A stretch of DNA of 64,000 nt from Zancudomyces culisetae HAW-14-8 (taxonomy: Eukaryota; Fungi; Kickxellomycota), in the NCBI GenBank assembly GCA_052426225.1, contig JBNJNM010000013.1, positions 372,001 to 436,000 on the forward strand, written 5' to 3'. Positions 36,764-51,976 of this stretch are shown here, piece after piece. The first letter of the stretch is position 1. Each line of letters starts with the position of its first letter. The notes beneath the pieces were generated by a model that saw nothing but the letters and a program-made list of their open reading frames with translations, did no database searches and was not told the DNA's origin. The position numbers and the translations under genes are program-made.

Positions 36764-38344
36764 TCAATAATTGGAGGTAGCGTCGTTCAAGGCAACACAA
36801 AGGACACCTTTTTCATGTCCATGAAGCTCTCGGATAACCTGACCAAGCGAAATATCCCATAGCGCAGCAGTGGTATCAGAGCTCACGGTAACCAGATAGC
36901 CGCTGTCGTTACTAAAGGCAGCATCCCAAACCCACGCCTTGTGATACTGAAGGGTGTGGAATAAACTTATTTTTAGGTTTTTACTGTCTTCGCCATCACT
37001 TGTACCACCTCGTGTGCCGCTCGATTTATTAGCCAAATCTGAAGGATCTAAATCTTCAACAAACTTTGTCCTAGTGTCGCTATCAGGGGTCCTATTTATT
37101 TCTATACCTTCTTGTTCACTGTCGGAACTACCCTCTGAAAGTTCACCTAAATAATCTCCAAATGTCCACACTTTTGCAGTTTTATCAGAAGAACAGGTGA
37201 CCAAATACCTTCCATTTCCGCTGAATAACACCTTGGTTATATAGCAACCCCTATGCGCATCGAAACTTGTTAGGAGTTCCATATCAACATACTTTTCATT
37301 AGCAGTCAGTGTTCGTCTTTTAGCCTTTGCCTCATACACTTCATGCCTAATCACCAACCTGTAAACGAAGCACCTTCCATGGTTGTTTGCTGCTACAAGC
37401 AATTTTCCATCTGGGCTCACCGCAACTCCTCGAATCGCCCCCTTTTCGCTTCCATTTGGCTCTACATGATGCTCAATCTCACTATTCCTTAGCGACCAAA
37501 CTCTAACACATCCATTTTGATCACATGTAACCAGGAGATCGTGTCTAGGCCCTGGAATTATTGCTAGGTCATTAACTATTCCGTTATTTTCCAATATCCG
37601 TTTACAAGTACCAGTTCTTAAATCCCACCATCTCACGGTTTTATCCTCTGAAGAAGTTGCTAGATATCGCATATCACTTGTAAATTCTACTGCAGTCACA
37701 GCGGATAAGTGGCCATCAAGAGTGAGAATCTAGTATTTTTTTTGTTATGGTTTCATGTTATTATTGCAGGATCTATACTTGGCTACTGGATGTTTTCCCA
37801 TTCTTTAAAAGTAATATGATATTCTTTCCCCTTATTTTCTTTTAGTTTTTTATATCTCGATCGTTCATTCTCAGACCCAACACTCAGCGGACGAGAATCA
37901 ACAACTTTTTCGGGGCTTCGCTTGGTTTTGCAGCAAAAAAAAAAGTAAATACAAGACTAGGGTAAATCTATGATTTGAATATATAATTTTTTTAAAAAAA
38001 AGCAGTACCTGATTCGAGTTAAACACATCATACAATCGAACGTGTGGGTTTCCAACCACCGCTAAATACATTTTATCCGGAGAAAGTGCCATTCTATTAA
38101 TTTGCTAGAAAGTACACGTTTGTATTTACTCGTTTATCAAATTTCTAAATGGATTTTGATTGTATTACATGTACTAGTAGCTTTACAAATCAAAAACACC
38201 TACTGAATCGGGATATGGGATCGTTTTCGAGCAAGTGCTTTTTAAGGCATCCCACATCTTTATCGTTCTGTCAAACCCCGCTGTCACTAGAACCACCGCA
38301 TTCTCTTCATATGATACAGGTCTGGTATTTTCCGTTTTCTCCAT
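36764..38344 (-). CDS. LST8: TOR complex subunit LST8 (WD40), 3 exons
   Basis: VVLVTAGFDRTIKMWDALKSTCSKTIPYPDS|QINRMALSPDKMYLAVVGNPHVRLYD...|LTLDGH...SSEDKTVRWWDLR...DQNG...AANNHG.C...HKAWVWDAAFS...GHEKGVLCVALND. Confidence 0.93.
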
Positions 38345-38746
38345 AGGTATAAATTAATCAATTATAAAAGAGCTGTTAATGGAAGTATGATGTATCTTAC
38401 GAAAACATTTACCTCGCTAAAGGGATTTTATTTCGTTTCAAGATTAGTTGTGGTTATTTAAACCACTTTTTTCCATCAAACAGAACATTCAAAATATCAA
38501 TTGGCTGTGATTACCTCAACCATCCAGTAGAAAATTAGAAAATTAAACTTATTTATTAGAACACGACTATAAAATCTACCACATTAAATAAAGAACCAGC
38601 AGTTGTGGAAAAAAATAAAGTCTTGTTGTAGGGTTGCCTTGGATTAAGTGTGCAAATCACAATAACTGTTTAGTAATACTTGCTCACCCAAACATATCGA
38701 CTATGTAGATATAGGAAAATGGGTATAAAGATAAAAACCAAACTTA

Positions 38747-40657
38747 TCAATAGTCCCTCCATCCCACCTGCTCAATCCTATCTATCTTTTTACTAACTTC
38801 AGCATTCAGGTTGTCAAGTTGAGCTTGGACCCCGTCCAAATATGATCCAGACGAGGAAGCAAGGATTCTTGCTGCAAGAATTCCAGCGTTATCTGCGTTG
38901 TTTATAGCAACAGTTGCGACGGGAATACCACTGGGCATTTGAACAATGCTATACAGCGAATCAACACCATCAAGAGTTCTACCTTTTACAGGAACTCCAA
39001 TGACAGGAAGAGGTGTCAACGCAGCTACCATTCCAGGTAAATGCGCGGCTCCCCCAGCACCGGCGATTATCACCTTAAATCCTCGTTTATGAGCATTTGT
39101 GGCATATTCCACCATCCTATGTGCCGTTCTGTGTGCAGACACTATTGTTAACTCGTAGGGAACGTTGAATTTTTCAAGTTGAACAGCTGCTTGTTTCATT
39201 ACTGGTAGATCCGAATCAGATCCCATTATAATGGCCACAAGTGGTGCAGGTTTATACCCACTCTGCACAGTACCTGTCTCCACTTGTCGCGGCTGGGAAT
39301 TTTCCGGTGTCTTGAAATTAACAATATCCAAAATCTCCTTTACCTTTTTCTCAACCACTACGGCCGAGTCACCCACTACCGTTACATGACCCATTTTCCG
39401 GCCCTTTTTGTTTTCACTTTTACCATACATATGGACGGTACTTCCCTTCACGGCCAATAATTTGTTAACAATCACGTCCATTGGACTGGTTTTGGCACTA
39501 TCTATATTATGTGCTTTGCAATATTCAATAAAGCACTCGTCCTCGTTACTAACACCCAAGATATTTACCATCGCTGCGTTAGGAACCTTAAGGTTAGTTG
39601 ATCCTATTGGCATCCCTAAAACACTCCTAATATGGTTTTCAAACTGTGATGTCTCACATGCCTCGATTGTGTAGTGCCCTGAATTATGTGGCCGTGGCGC
39701 AATCTCGTTAACCAAGATTTCACCCTCTCCTTGTAACAAAAACATTTCTACCCCAAACACACCTGCACTGTTTCCAAAAACCTTTTGTTTCTGTCCATCA
39801 CATTCAATTTCATATGGAATGTTGCATATGCTTTCAACTGCCTTTTCCGCCAATTCCTTTGCCTTTTCCATCAATAACCCATCTATTCCTGCAGGTGCGT
39901 AGACAACATGACAAATATTGTTTTTCTGGATTGTTTCGACTATTGGATAACTTTCTGTTTCCCCAGCTTTCAAGCCCTTAACAACCATCACCGCGATTTC
40001 CTTGTCAAAATTAACCATTTTTTCGGCATATATACCCGAATCCCTTGTCCCATTTTCACCCATCGTTATCTTGCTACACCCACCACCTGTTAACTGATCC
40101 CAGGCCATTCTAATATCCTCTTTTGCCTTCACAACTACATTTCCCCTACCATCATACGCACCTCTTTTACTTTTTAGCAAATACGGATATCCGTACCTCT
40201 CTCCTATGGTAATTGCCTGCTCTACACTTTCAACGTCGCTAAAGTCCGCCACTGCTATTCCTGCATCCTTTAGAACCCTATGTTGTATATACTTGTCCTG
40301 GATTACCTCTATCACCTTTGGTGACGGATATATACCAAGATCTCTTTCTCCTGCTACGCCAAAGTCTTGGGCTTTGCCATTTCTCATTTGATCCACCGAT
40401 AATTCCGTTAATGCGGAGGTATCTACATGCTCTATCTCCATAGTAATCACATCAACCTTGCTTGCAAGCTCAAATATAGCTTCTTTGTCTGTGAATGCCT
40501 TGTGAATATGCTCGGCATTGCTGAGCTGTTTTGCAGGTGAATCTTGCTGTGGATCTACAAAAACCAACTCCACTCCCAGCCTGTGTGCTGCTTCTTGCAT
40601 CATACGGCCTAACTGTCCTCCCCCCAACACTCCTATGGTTTTTTGATTTTTCACCAT
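38747..40657 (-). CDS. ADE2: Phosphoribosylaminoimidazole carboxylase (PurK-PurE fusion)
   Basis: [67 protein letters not shown]. Intronless. Confidence 0.98.
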   Translation of the reverse strand: MVKNQKTIGVLGGGQLGRMMQEAAHRLGVELVFVDPQQDSPAKQLSNAEHIHKAFTDKEAIFELASKVDVITMEIEHVDTSALTELSVDQMRNGKAQDFGVAGERDLGIYPSPKVIEVIQDKYIQHRVLKDAGIAVADFSDVESVEQAITIGERYGYPYLLKSKRGAYDGRGNVVVKAKEDIRMAWDQLTGGGCSKITMGENGTRDSGIYAEKMVNFDKEIAVMVVKGLKAGETESYPIVETIQKNNICHVVYAPAGIDGLLMEKAKELAEKAVESICNIPYEIECDGQKQKVFGNSAGVFGVEMFLLQGEGEILVNEIAPRPHNSGHYTIEACETSQFENHIRSVLGMPIGSTNLKVPNAAMVNILGVSNEDECFIEYCKAHNIDSAKTSPMDVIVNKLLAVKGSTVHMYGKSENKKGRKMGHVTVVGDSAVVVEKKVKEILDIVNFKTPENSQPRQVETGTVQSGYKPAPLVAIIMGSDSDLPVMKQAAVQLEKFNVPYELTIVSAHRTAHRMVEYATNAHKRGFKVIIAGAGGAAHLPGMVAALTPLPVIGVPVKGRTLDGVDSLYSIVQMPSGIPVATVAINNADNAGILAARILASSSGSYLDGVQAQLDNLNAEVSKKIDRIEQVGWRDY

Positions 40658-41486
40658 CTTGGGAATACTTTATTGGATTTTATCTTTTTTATCTTGGATA
40701 ATCGCACTTTTATTCAGAGGAAAATGACCAAAGCTGCAATTTACCAAACTAATGTTATTTACATTGCTTAGAATGGATGAAAATATTTTTTTTTTGAGTC
40801 ACACTTTCTAATCTAAAGTGTAAAATCAAATCAGATCACAGACATACCTCAGCTAATCAGATTTCTCTAGATAGTGGAATTTTGAATGACAATAGTAACT
40901 CTAATAACAAGTGCAAAACAACCCCTCCTCCCCCGATCTTTTGAACTACACCACCACCGCAGCATAAAAATACGAAACCTAAAAAGATGTCTTGGCTCGG
41001 TTTCTCCAAACCACTAAAACTGTCTGTGCTTATTTTGTTTTAAGGCACTCCTAACTCACTCACACATGGTAATAGCTCTAGCTGTAAACAGGAAAGGCGC
41101 ATTTATCGATAGTGAGTGACAATGGTAAATGCACAACTGTCATCTATGGCACCGCGAACAAGCAATCTTTCTACTGAGTTAAACCTTTGGTAAACTCGCG
41201 GTCTGGCATCCTCCTCCCTCTCCCTCCCTCCCTCCCTCATCAGACACAACAAGAATACATATGGCCAACCCACTGCGCTGCTGATATATACTTGTCAGCG
41301 ACACAAGACTCACTCCCCCACTCCAATACCCTTTCCGGGTTCACAACTTTGGGATACCAACATTAATCAAATGAATGCAAGAGAGTTAAAGTATAAACAC
41401 TGGTTACTTTCCTGTTTTTTTATTAAAACACAATAAAAAAGAGTGACATTTATTAGCAGAAACACTAAAAATAAACATAATATTAT

Positions 41487-42259
<773 letters not shown>

Positions 42260-43023
42260 TTTGATTACCGTCTAAAACCTGTAATCTGTATTAACCTTTA
42301 TTGTTTCTAAATAAAAGAAGACAGATATTTAATTCTATTCAAAATTTGTCTCCCTTTTTACAACACCTCAAAGCGGCAAAAAAAATTGCTCCATAAAAAT
42401 GAGTTTCCTTGAGAATTGCAATTTGCAGATTTTTATTGGGCAGGCTGATTTAACTCCAATAAAGGCCAGCTTAATTATTAATTGGCTGGTTGGTTTTTTT
42501 TTTGTGGTGCTTTTTTATTTGGTCCTCCTAAGCTGAACCGCGAAAATTGGAGAAAGGGCTGATAAAAAAGAGGGGAGAGGAGGGGGGGGTATTTGGGTTT
42601 ATCAATCATTGGCTTTACAAGGAATAAAACAATAAATAATAATGGTATCTGTAATAGCCTTTTAAGGGAGAAAGTAACACAGGTATACGCGCTTTGCTCA
42701 GGCTACTTACAAAATATGCGTAGCTATGCAAGTGGAAATCCGAAAATAAGATAGAACCATTGTGATTAGATTTATTCTGATTGCACAGCTTACAGTATAT
42801 TTGTTTCTTTAAAGTGGTGATGGGGGGGGATGAATGAAGAAAAATATGCCTACTCGAGAAAAAAAATACACGTAGAGAAAAAATGACAAAAGTGAAAATA
42901 ATCAGGCTAAAAAACATTCGTGATAGAAAACAAAGATCTATAAAAAATCTCAATTCCCATTTCGCGGAAAGGTAAAGATTATTTGTGTGTATATTTGGCA
43001 GGGGAGAGGTCTTGTTTGGTTTT

Positions 43024-44368
43024 TTATACAAGCTTCGTCTTATTAAAGCTAATGATAGGAAGCAAATATCCATCTGAAAGATAATACCTCTTTTCACCCT
43101 TAAGCTCAAGAAGCAGAACGATTACAAAAACGACCATACAGTAGGTATAGTAGGTTGTGAGTATATGCCACCATCCATGGAGCTGTAAAAATGCGTCTGC
43201 TGGTGGACCTACCCGCATTCTGGTAATTCTTAGTGATGTACAACACATATTGTCAATGTTCCATGCTATAAATGCGATCAAGAACCCAAAAAATGCCTTC
43301 ATAAGTAATCCCTTTAGCTGATTTTTTACTTTAGTGTCATCGGGAATCTTGGTCATTAGCTGTCTGCATTTGAAAAAATTAAACAGAAGCACGGCCCCAA
43401 AAGCCACTTGATGGAATATAGGATTCTCTATCCAAATATACAGTAGCGTGACCGCGATGTTGAGAAATATAATCATAGCAGGAAGTATCCGACCATAAAC
43501 TAGCTTTTCTTTATATTCAATCATTAAATAAGCACAGCCCCACGATGTATAAAGCATTGGGAGCTCATCAAGAAGCTGGGTATAATACTTCAGAGTAGCA
43601 TGGAATGCAAAACTATTTTTTATCATGACAAAAACGCTTTAACTTTTTTCTTTTTGATGGTTTAGACCAAGACAACAAAGATATCAAAGAAGCTGATGAT
43701 GGTAAATTATTTGATGAAAAGTAAAGAAACTTACGATCCGAGCCCAATAGAAAGAATTCCTACACCCACAAGTGTGAACCTTTTGTACATTTTATGCTTT
43801 ATACCTCCATATATCACGCATATTCCCAACATAACTATTAGATAAATTCAATTCTGTCAGTATCAAAATGCTATCAGCCCTTTTTATGTGGTATTTTGAT
43901 TGTATCCACAAAGTGATGCCTTCCAAATTAAAACTCGGGATAAAAGAAAATTACAGTGAATATAGCCGAGTTTCATCAAGGATGCGCAATTTCAATAATC
44001 GGATTAAAACTTACTCATTAGAACATTTGTAAGAGAGTTCCAAAATTCTGCCAAATACTTTGAGACAATATAGTTTTCCTACAAGAAATAATTTTTAAAT
44101 TTCGTTTTAGTAAAAACAAGACGTTGACAAACAATCCTATGAACACATTAATCGAAAATATAAATGTCTTTTTTTTAATTCTCCTGTACATACCTCGCAC
44201 CAATCCAGCGTTGATGTCCTAATCCACATTTGTAATTTATAATTATAGTGCCTGCTTTAAATGCGTCATACGAAGCTCAAAACGATAGTGTATTAGTCTG
44301 CATGCTTACCTCTCGCCCCAATAGTAATGCGTTACGTTCTTGTAATCGTCTAATAGTATCAATCCCAT
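43024..44368 (-). CDS. YDC1: Alkaline ceramidase (Ypc1/Ydc1/ACER3 family), 5 exons
   Basis: Spliced product YYWGER|TSTLDWCE|ENYIVSKYLAEFWNSLTN...GLGS|FAFHATLKYYTQLLDELPMLY...WNIDN..C...LQLHGWWHILT, containing the CREST-superfamily His motifs. Confidence 0.92.
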
Positions 44369-45680
44369 TCTCTTTTGCTTTCCCTTTTTGTTTTTGTTTT
44401 TCTTTAACTAGTGCTAGATTATTCAAAACTATGCTCCAAGGTTCCCTTTGTTTGTAGGGAGGTCAAGGTGTAAACTGTTATATTTAAGCAAAAAGTAAAA
44501 AATATTCCTGTTTAGAAGCTTTTTCCCAAACTATTCGGATTTCAAACTGTACCAATAAAGTAAGAAAAAGCGGAATATATTTGACCTTGCATTCGGTTGT
44601 TGGTGCTGTTTAAATAGGTATACTTCAAAAAGTTAGGTAGGCTAAACGTTATGTTTTAAAAAAGGGTGGCGGTTTATACAACCAAGAAACCTGGGGTAGA
44701 AGAAACCACTGGTTGTTCTTTATTGCACAATTTCAATCTTTGTCTTTTTTTTTTGGTCTCAATTTATAGGTGCCTATAGAGTTGATACCAAAAAAAGGAA
44801 AGAAAAAGACACTGATTTAGCCCGTTCTTGGCCGTGGTTCGATTTTTAGCCTGTTTTATGTGACTTTCTTTTACTATAAAAAAATTTTCACGCTATTAGC
44901 ACACATTAATAAGCAGATATAATGGAATATGTTCTATTATATAAGAAAGAGCACAATTTAAATTATTGAATGGATTGCTGCTATCATTTTATTATAGTGT
45001 TTATTATTTTATTATTTTATACAACATTATTGGTGGTTGATGATTTGGGGTTTGCCGCTGGATTGCTTGTTTAGTAATGGAAAGGACGCCAATCATTACA
45101 AATCCCTTCCACCCGATTATTTGTTTTGGACAACAATTACTATAAACTATTGGCTTAAACCCCATTGGCTAAAATGTACTCACTATATTTGGTAATACAC
45201 AAAGGCGCATGAAAAAAGTACAACATAGCGGCATCCCGGTCGCCAAACTGCACCATTTTCAACAACAGATCCGCAACGTTGGAAGCTACTTGCACTAGTA
45301 GTCTTGATACCATATCAGTCAGCAATAGTATTTGGGATTTATTTTCGATACGTCTGAAAAATAATGTCGTTTCTTGCCGATAAACCTAACAAAAATCCTT
45401 TGTTGCTTAACCGATATCATAAAAACGCTGTCGGCGATGACACTCAAACAAAGACGTCATCGTACTTTTACAACAATATCACTAACCATACGATCATGAC
45501 GTTAAATTCATATTTAGTGATTTATTTATCACTTAGTATGCCTGAGGATACACTACCATTTTCACAACAACGCGTCAACCCTGTACTTTAAGTTTAAACG
45601 GACATATTTAAGAGCTGAAGGTGGTGTTTTATTATTATTAATATTTCCAAAACACCAACCAAAACAAATGCTATGTTTTA

Positions 45681-48600
45681 TCAACCATTTGGTGCGGTTT
45701 TATCTCGCATATCACTAAAATAATTATCCCAGTCATAAAACTGGTTTTTAAATGCCACATGTTCAAGTGATCCGAACTCGTACCATACTTTTGTCTGTTG
45801 GTGATCGCGTGACTGGAAAACGTGATGAAGTATTTGCTATATAATCGGTTTAAGAAAAAAAAGTTGGTGGTTGCTGATAGAGTGATATCTCATATATGGA
45901 ATTCAGTTTTTTTTTTTTTAAAACGCGTTTCAAATATATAACTACAAAACTGGATAAAAAGCATAATAACAACAACTAACATGCACTTACATATACACAG
46001 TCAAAATCGATCCTGCCCTTTAGGGTATAGCGTTTGTCTTTGCACCAGATAAATATATCATCATACGTATCCAAAATCATAAAAAACTCCTTTTGATTTC
46101 TTATCAATTCCACTGCAGAGATTTCATAATCATTTGAAACTAAGGTAACAAGTCTATCGCTCGGAGAAACTCTATTTGAAAGTTTTGTTAAAATATTACT
46201 ACTTTTCATATAAAATAAGGCATTCTGACACAATACCCATCATCATATATACAGCTTGTATGTTATACAGAAAATGAAACGGAATACCAAAATTTTGCTA
46301 TTACCTATACAATGCCATCTTCCTGCTCAAAAGCTGCAAATCGGCAGACGGATGATTCGTTCTGTCCAGGTCGTTGACAAGTTTGTCAATTACACAATAT
46401 AATGCTGCTTGGTTTAAATATCGTTTGTACTCGTAGTAGTGCATCCATTGTAAAAAGCTATGTACATCCACATCGTCATCAAGAATATTCAATTCTATAA
46501 TTTTGCTATCGCAATTGATTTCATTTTGTGTAATATCAGTGGCTATATTCACGCTGAGTTTTTGTACATCTAAATCTGAACTTGCACCTTTCCACACATA
46601 AACATTTCTTTTTAGCAACTTTCCATTAAATACAAAATCAGAATCATGTTTGAACATTGGTAATCGCTGCGTTCTATCAGTTATAGTGCTGTTTCGATAG
46701 TTGGAAAACGGACTGATTATTTTTCTTCCTGGATGGGGCTCAGACACGAGCTCATTGTTAGCTGTTACCTTTGCTAAAGTATTTACACTCCCGCAATAAA
46801 TAACAAAGCACTCACTAGCATTTAACGATGACGTTGAAACAGGAACAGAACGAACTCTTCCGTTGTACTTTTGTGAAATGCTAAGCATTATCCATTCTTT
46901 TTTAGAGCAAAAATGATATACTTCTTCATGCGTATATTCACTGCTAATACAATTTACGCGGTCCAGAAATAGTTCTGCGCTCGATTTTCTGTTTAGGGTT
47001 AAACCACCAATTGTAAACTCGTTTAAGGATTGGTGTCTATTCTCTGGATTCTGCCCTGTTTCAATATTTGTATCCGGATTTTGTAAAGGTACATCGCTGC
47101 TCTATTTTTAAACCAAAAAAAAAGCTTTAGTATCGTACTTTGAATTAGCGTTCGGCACATAATATTTCAGTGGTTGGACGCACTCTCTGCCGCTCCCCTA
47201 ATACTCTCTTTCCCTGGTAAGCATAGAAAAGTAAGCCTTGTTCATGGTCTTACGCAAAACGAGATTTGATAGAATAGAAACTCAATAAAAATGGATTAAT
47301 ATTTACACATGTCATCTCCATGGAGTGATTGTTTGCAATTGTAGAACTACCTGTTGAAAAACTTGCGCTATCATATCTACTCTTTTCTCCTTCGTTTTCA
47401 ATAAGTACGCTATTATATTATTTTTTTAGGCATTTACGATTACACACACATTTCCAGTAAACTAGAATACCAAGTGAATATGGTGTTGGATTGTGGTACC
47501 AAAACTTATTTAGATGTGGAATCTAAATGTTACTATAGTGCGATTCTTACTTGAAGACCTCGAATGTAGCCAACTCCTCTTCGTCTATCTCGTATATTGT
47601 TTCAAGTTTAGACATTTCTCTGTAAAGCGCTAAAAACTTGGACGTTCTTCTGGCCATCGCAGGATTAACGTCCTCAAACTGTGCAATTGCACGTTCTATT
47701 GTATCTATATTAGCCTGCCTTGCTCCTATTTTATATACCCAGTATTTGTGTTGACACTCTGGCTATCCTGCAAAGTAAAATATATCTAAAGTATCTAAAA
47801 TAAAAAAAGGGATGTGCAAATAACTTGCCTTCAATTTCACTTTGGGTGCAATAGACTTCAAACCTCTCATTATTTGTAGTGCTTACAAAAGCATCTTCCC
47901 CACACACTGACTCATCTTCTTTGTCCACCTTTTCTGGCTCTTTTAGGATATTTATTTTGGCGGTAACTGGTGGAGCTGGGTATTTTTGAAAATCTTCGAG
48001 GTCGTAACTTCCAAAATCCAGCTCTTTTATTTTTATTCCAACCTCAAGAGAAGGCGTTTTCATGATAAGTGTATTCTCTGATGTATCTGTACTTTCACGC
48101 GTGGCTGTGTATTCTTGGTGGTGTTCTTGAGTCTTTTCTATTGCTGTCACATTTTTTATAAGGCTTTCAGAATCATCTTGTTTCGAATCTTCCATGGTTA
48201 CTCCGCTCACCAACATTTTCTCTTCTCTATCTGTACAATCTTTCTTAGTTATCTTGTTCTTAGTTTTAATTTTCTTGGAAGGGCGATGACTATCCATTTT
48301 GGTATCACTACACTTGAGTTTGTCGGTATATTCGGCATCATGCTTTTGTACAGTCACCTACCAATTGTAATTTGAATTTGAATGTGTTAGTTTCACATCT
48401 TGTATCTACATTACACGTTTTAATATTAAGTTTGAATAAATATTTTACCTAACAATATATATACCACTCTGTTATTTTGTGTACTAATAAGTGGTACTTA
48501 CATTTTTAACACCTTTCTTGGAAAAGAAACCCATAATTTTAAGAATCCCAAGCGTTTTCTTCTGTTTGCCCTCAGCTGTATGTTTTGCTCGTTTATTTGA

Positions 48601-49194
48601 TACTTTTTGCTTATCCCAACCCTTGGAAGCCTTTTGAAAAACATTATCAACATCGAGTACCTTAGGGCTACTATTATCATCTACCTGCTGCACCACATTT
48701 TCTACGTTTCCCTTTTCTTGTTGAATTTTTGCTGATATTTCATCAATACTTTTTGAAAGACCTCCAAATGTAAATTTTGTATTTTCAGTGTCTGTAAAGT
48801 CATATCCACTGCCTCTCTGTTTTTTGTCGGTTGAATACGAAAAACCCATGGACTTTGATTTTTTTAGATACTTTTTTGCAACACTCGACTCGCTCAAACT
48901 TTTTTCTATTAGAACCAGTATCATCAGGTTATTTTGTTTTGATATAAAGGTACAGTACTGTGTCAAATGCAACCCAATACCAGTATTCTTGTGCGAGATG
49001 CTTTTTTCAAATAAAAAGTGATAGATTGTGACATCAACTTTGGTTTGATATAGAAACACATCCAAGCCTCAACACAACACTGAGCACTTAACCATTACTC
49101 ACTTTCACTTTCACTTTCTAAAGGCAAATCTATTCACTATATAAGATATGTGTATTTAGTAATTCTTACCTCTTTTGTTGAACTTTATTACCAT
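45681..49194 (-). CDS. Divergent gelsolin/villin/supervillin-like protein with long low-complexity N-terminus, multi-exon (3' end uncertain)
   Basis: Gelsolin-repeat signatures: RVRSVPVSTSSLNASECFVI...VYVWKGASS, FMILDTYDDIFIW, GSLEHVAFKNQFYDW. First exon MVIKFNKR|gtaaga splices in frame to EKSLSESS. Confidence 0.65.
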
Positions 49195-50559
49195 TTTTTA
49201 TTACTAAATTCAACCTTGTTTCGATATTGATGTCGATGTTAATATTAATGTTCTTTGGTTTATAGCAAAGTGTAAATAATAAACACTCTAAGTAGATGTA
49301 TTATCTGCAGGTAAAAAGATATAGTGTACAAAGTATAAATTTTTTTCAAGAAAATTATAGAAACCTGATATATTGAGTTAAAATGAGATGCAAAACGGTA
49401 CTTTACTTTTATAACCATCCATACACACAGAAAAAACAAACAAAAATACTAACATTATTTCTCTTAATTTCTTCATTCATAATTCCTGCTCAGTATGAGA
49501 GTATGTATCTGTATAGATACCCACACATCGATATGCTAATATGTATTAACAATAACATTATTTAACAAAATATTTTATTTAAACTCGATTTCCATTGTTG
49601 CTCTGTGTGCATTTAGCCGGATAGTTACTAAGTGTGGAAAATAATGTTATGTCAGCTTCATTATAGCCATCTGTGTTTTAATGCCAGAAGTGGAAAAAAT
49701 TGAAACAGGAGGAATGTTTTTTTATTATATTATTTCAACAAAGGGTGCTTTCTGGGTCATACTATGCATTATTCAGCTAGAGTGTAGGTCTTAGTTCATA
49801 AAAATCTCGATTCTTTACAAATTATGTGCCAACAATACAAAATATGTAAAAATTTTATTGTGGAAGAGCAGTGCTTATTTTTTAATTTCATTTTCAGTTT
49901 TTTTTTAGCCCTAACTTATTGGATTTCTTTGACTTTGAATAATGTTTTTGCTAGAAAAATATGTTTGATTGACATATTAGTACGATTCATAATCGTTGTA
50001 GTTTATCTTCTCCATGTGCCCAAATAATGCACATTATATGTCAGATAAAAAAATGTCTACTATCATCAAAGAAAAAGAAAAAAACTTCAAACTAGTTGAC
50101 ACTAACCTGGCTATTTTTGATAAATCACTTTCAGATCATTCAATTGCTTTTAGGATGTATTTCAGTATGGGGCCAGCTTAAATAATTCTTCATTAGAATG
50201 AGTGTTGCGAATAACTATTAAAAAATCCACCTTAATGGAATATCCATATTTTGATTAATTTATCATAGTTCAAAGTCATATAGTCATATATATATGATTG
50301 GTATGGAGAGAGAAGTGAATCATTTCAAGTATCTGTTATTTAGTGATACAGCTATCCACATTTTGTAGGCGATATAAATAGGCTGTGTTTCTTGACACAT
50401 TTAATTTATGTAGGAAACAGAGTTTATACATTGATAGACTATACTATGTTGTTTAAAGTTGTATTCGTGTAACAGAGATTATCATCGCCACTAGATAAAG
50501 TCAAATCTCACGTCAGTAAAAAGCTTTTGCATAGCACTAGCGCTACTAATCATGCCCCA

Positions 50560-50925
50560 TTTTTGAATTAGTCCCACAATGCAATATTTTTGCGAGTTTG
50601 AACTGCAGTAGCAGATTCTAAATGTAAACGCGTGGTAATCCAGAATAAACTTTGATGGATGTATTACAAATGTATTAAAAATGTATTACAAACGTGTTGT
50701 ATGCTATGCAGGTTTTTCCCAGAGTCAATTACAAAATTTACCATCCTGGTATCAACAGAATTTGTCTCCCTCTTCAAGAAATTTAGAGCTGGTGAGCCCG
50801 TGAGCCCGTGAGATGGTGAGATGGTGAAAAATATAAGGTTCTGATATAGGATCACTGACTGGTATTTATTGTTATGTGAACCCATCCCCATAGCAATCAA
50901 AAATCATTGATGCATGTGGATATCC
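50560..50925 (+). pseudogene. Decayed ubiquitin-conjugating (E2) enzyme gene
   Basis: EFELQ*QILN|gt..ag|VFPRVNYKIYHPGINRICLPLQEI*SW, then frameshifted SLTGI/YLLLCEPIP and LMHVDI. These follow UBC-fold motif order but carry stops and frameshifts. Confidence 0.5.
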
Positions 50926-51976
50926 AACCACTCAGACCCTCAATACTTTGTCTACTTTACTCATTATTTATCTGGCAGTTGCGTGTTTAGCAAACCTTAT
51001 TTATTTTTGCAGACGATATCCCATCCACAAGAAGAGGTAGTCTTGTTGAATAAATGCTATACTACACCTGTAAAGTTGGTGTTTTTCACTTGATCCTAAG
51101 TTTAATGTAAGAATTTGACTACATGGGCTTAAAATCAGATATATTGGCCTAAAAGCATGGTTGTGGTGCATGTGAACTAATTGAACTTTAGTTTATCCTA
51201 AATACTTGGGAGGGTTCTATTTTATTAGTTATTTTGTTTTAGTTTGTAGTACTTTATTTTGTATCATTTTATTTTATTAGCCATTAAAATTGGGTTAATG
51301 GAGATGAAGGAATTGGTCATTAATTTTTTGAATCGATAAAATCATTTATTGATTCCGGAAATTCGCCACTACATTTGCAGGGTAGCGTTTTGCCCTTGCT
51401 AAATTCAAAACGAAATAAAAACAAAACACGTTATAAAAATTTTTTTTACAACGGATTAGGCGTGTAGAAATTCTGGAAAAAAAAAACAATCAAAATAAAA
51501 ATATCAGTTACAATTCGTCTGTAAAAGTAAAAGAGGAGCCAGATAGTCGTCTGCAAATGCTATATACTAAACATTTGGTTAATTTAAATCTGTAGGAATA
51601 ATAACTACTGTAGAAAATAGACTGCAACACGCATACCAACTTAAAATTATACTTATTACAGACAAAAAAAAAGTTCAAGGCGGAAAAATAACACGAACGA
51701 AAGAATCCAGTACGAGAGGAGAAAACAAGGAATCGTGTCAGCGCGTTGTATACTTTGGCATAGAGAATTACTTCTAATTTCGATAAACTCATTCTGAAAA
51801 AAAGGAAGAATTACTTGTGTATTTTGTCGCTTGCATTTTCAAGGTCCAAATTGAAACAAAAGAAAAAGGAACAGTAAAAAGTAAAAAGTTGTTTGCATAC
51901 TTGGAGAGAGGGGGTTTCGTACCAATAAAAAGCAAGAAAGTGATAGAAACTACAAAAGAACACCATCGTTTAGAGA

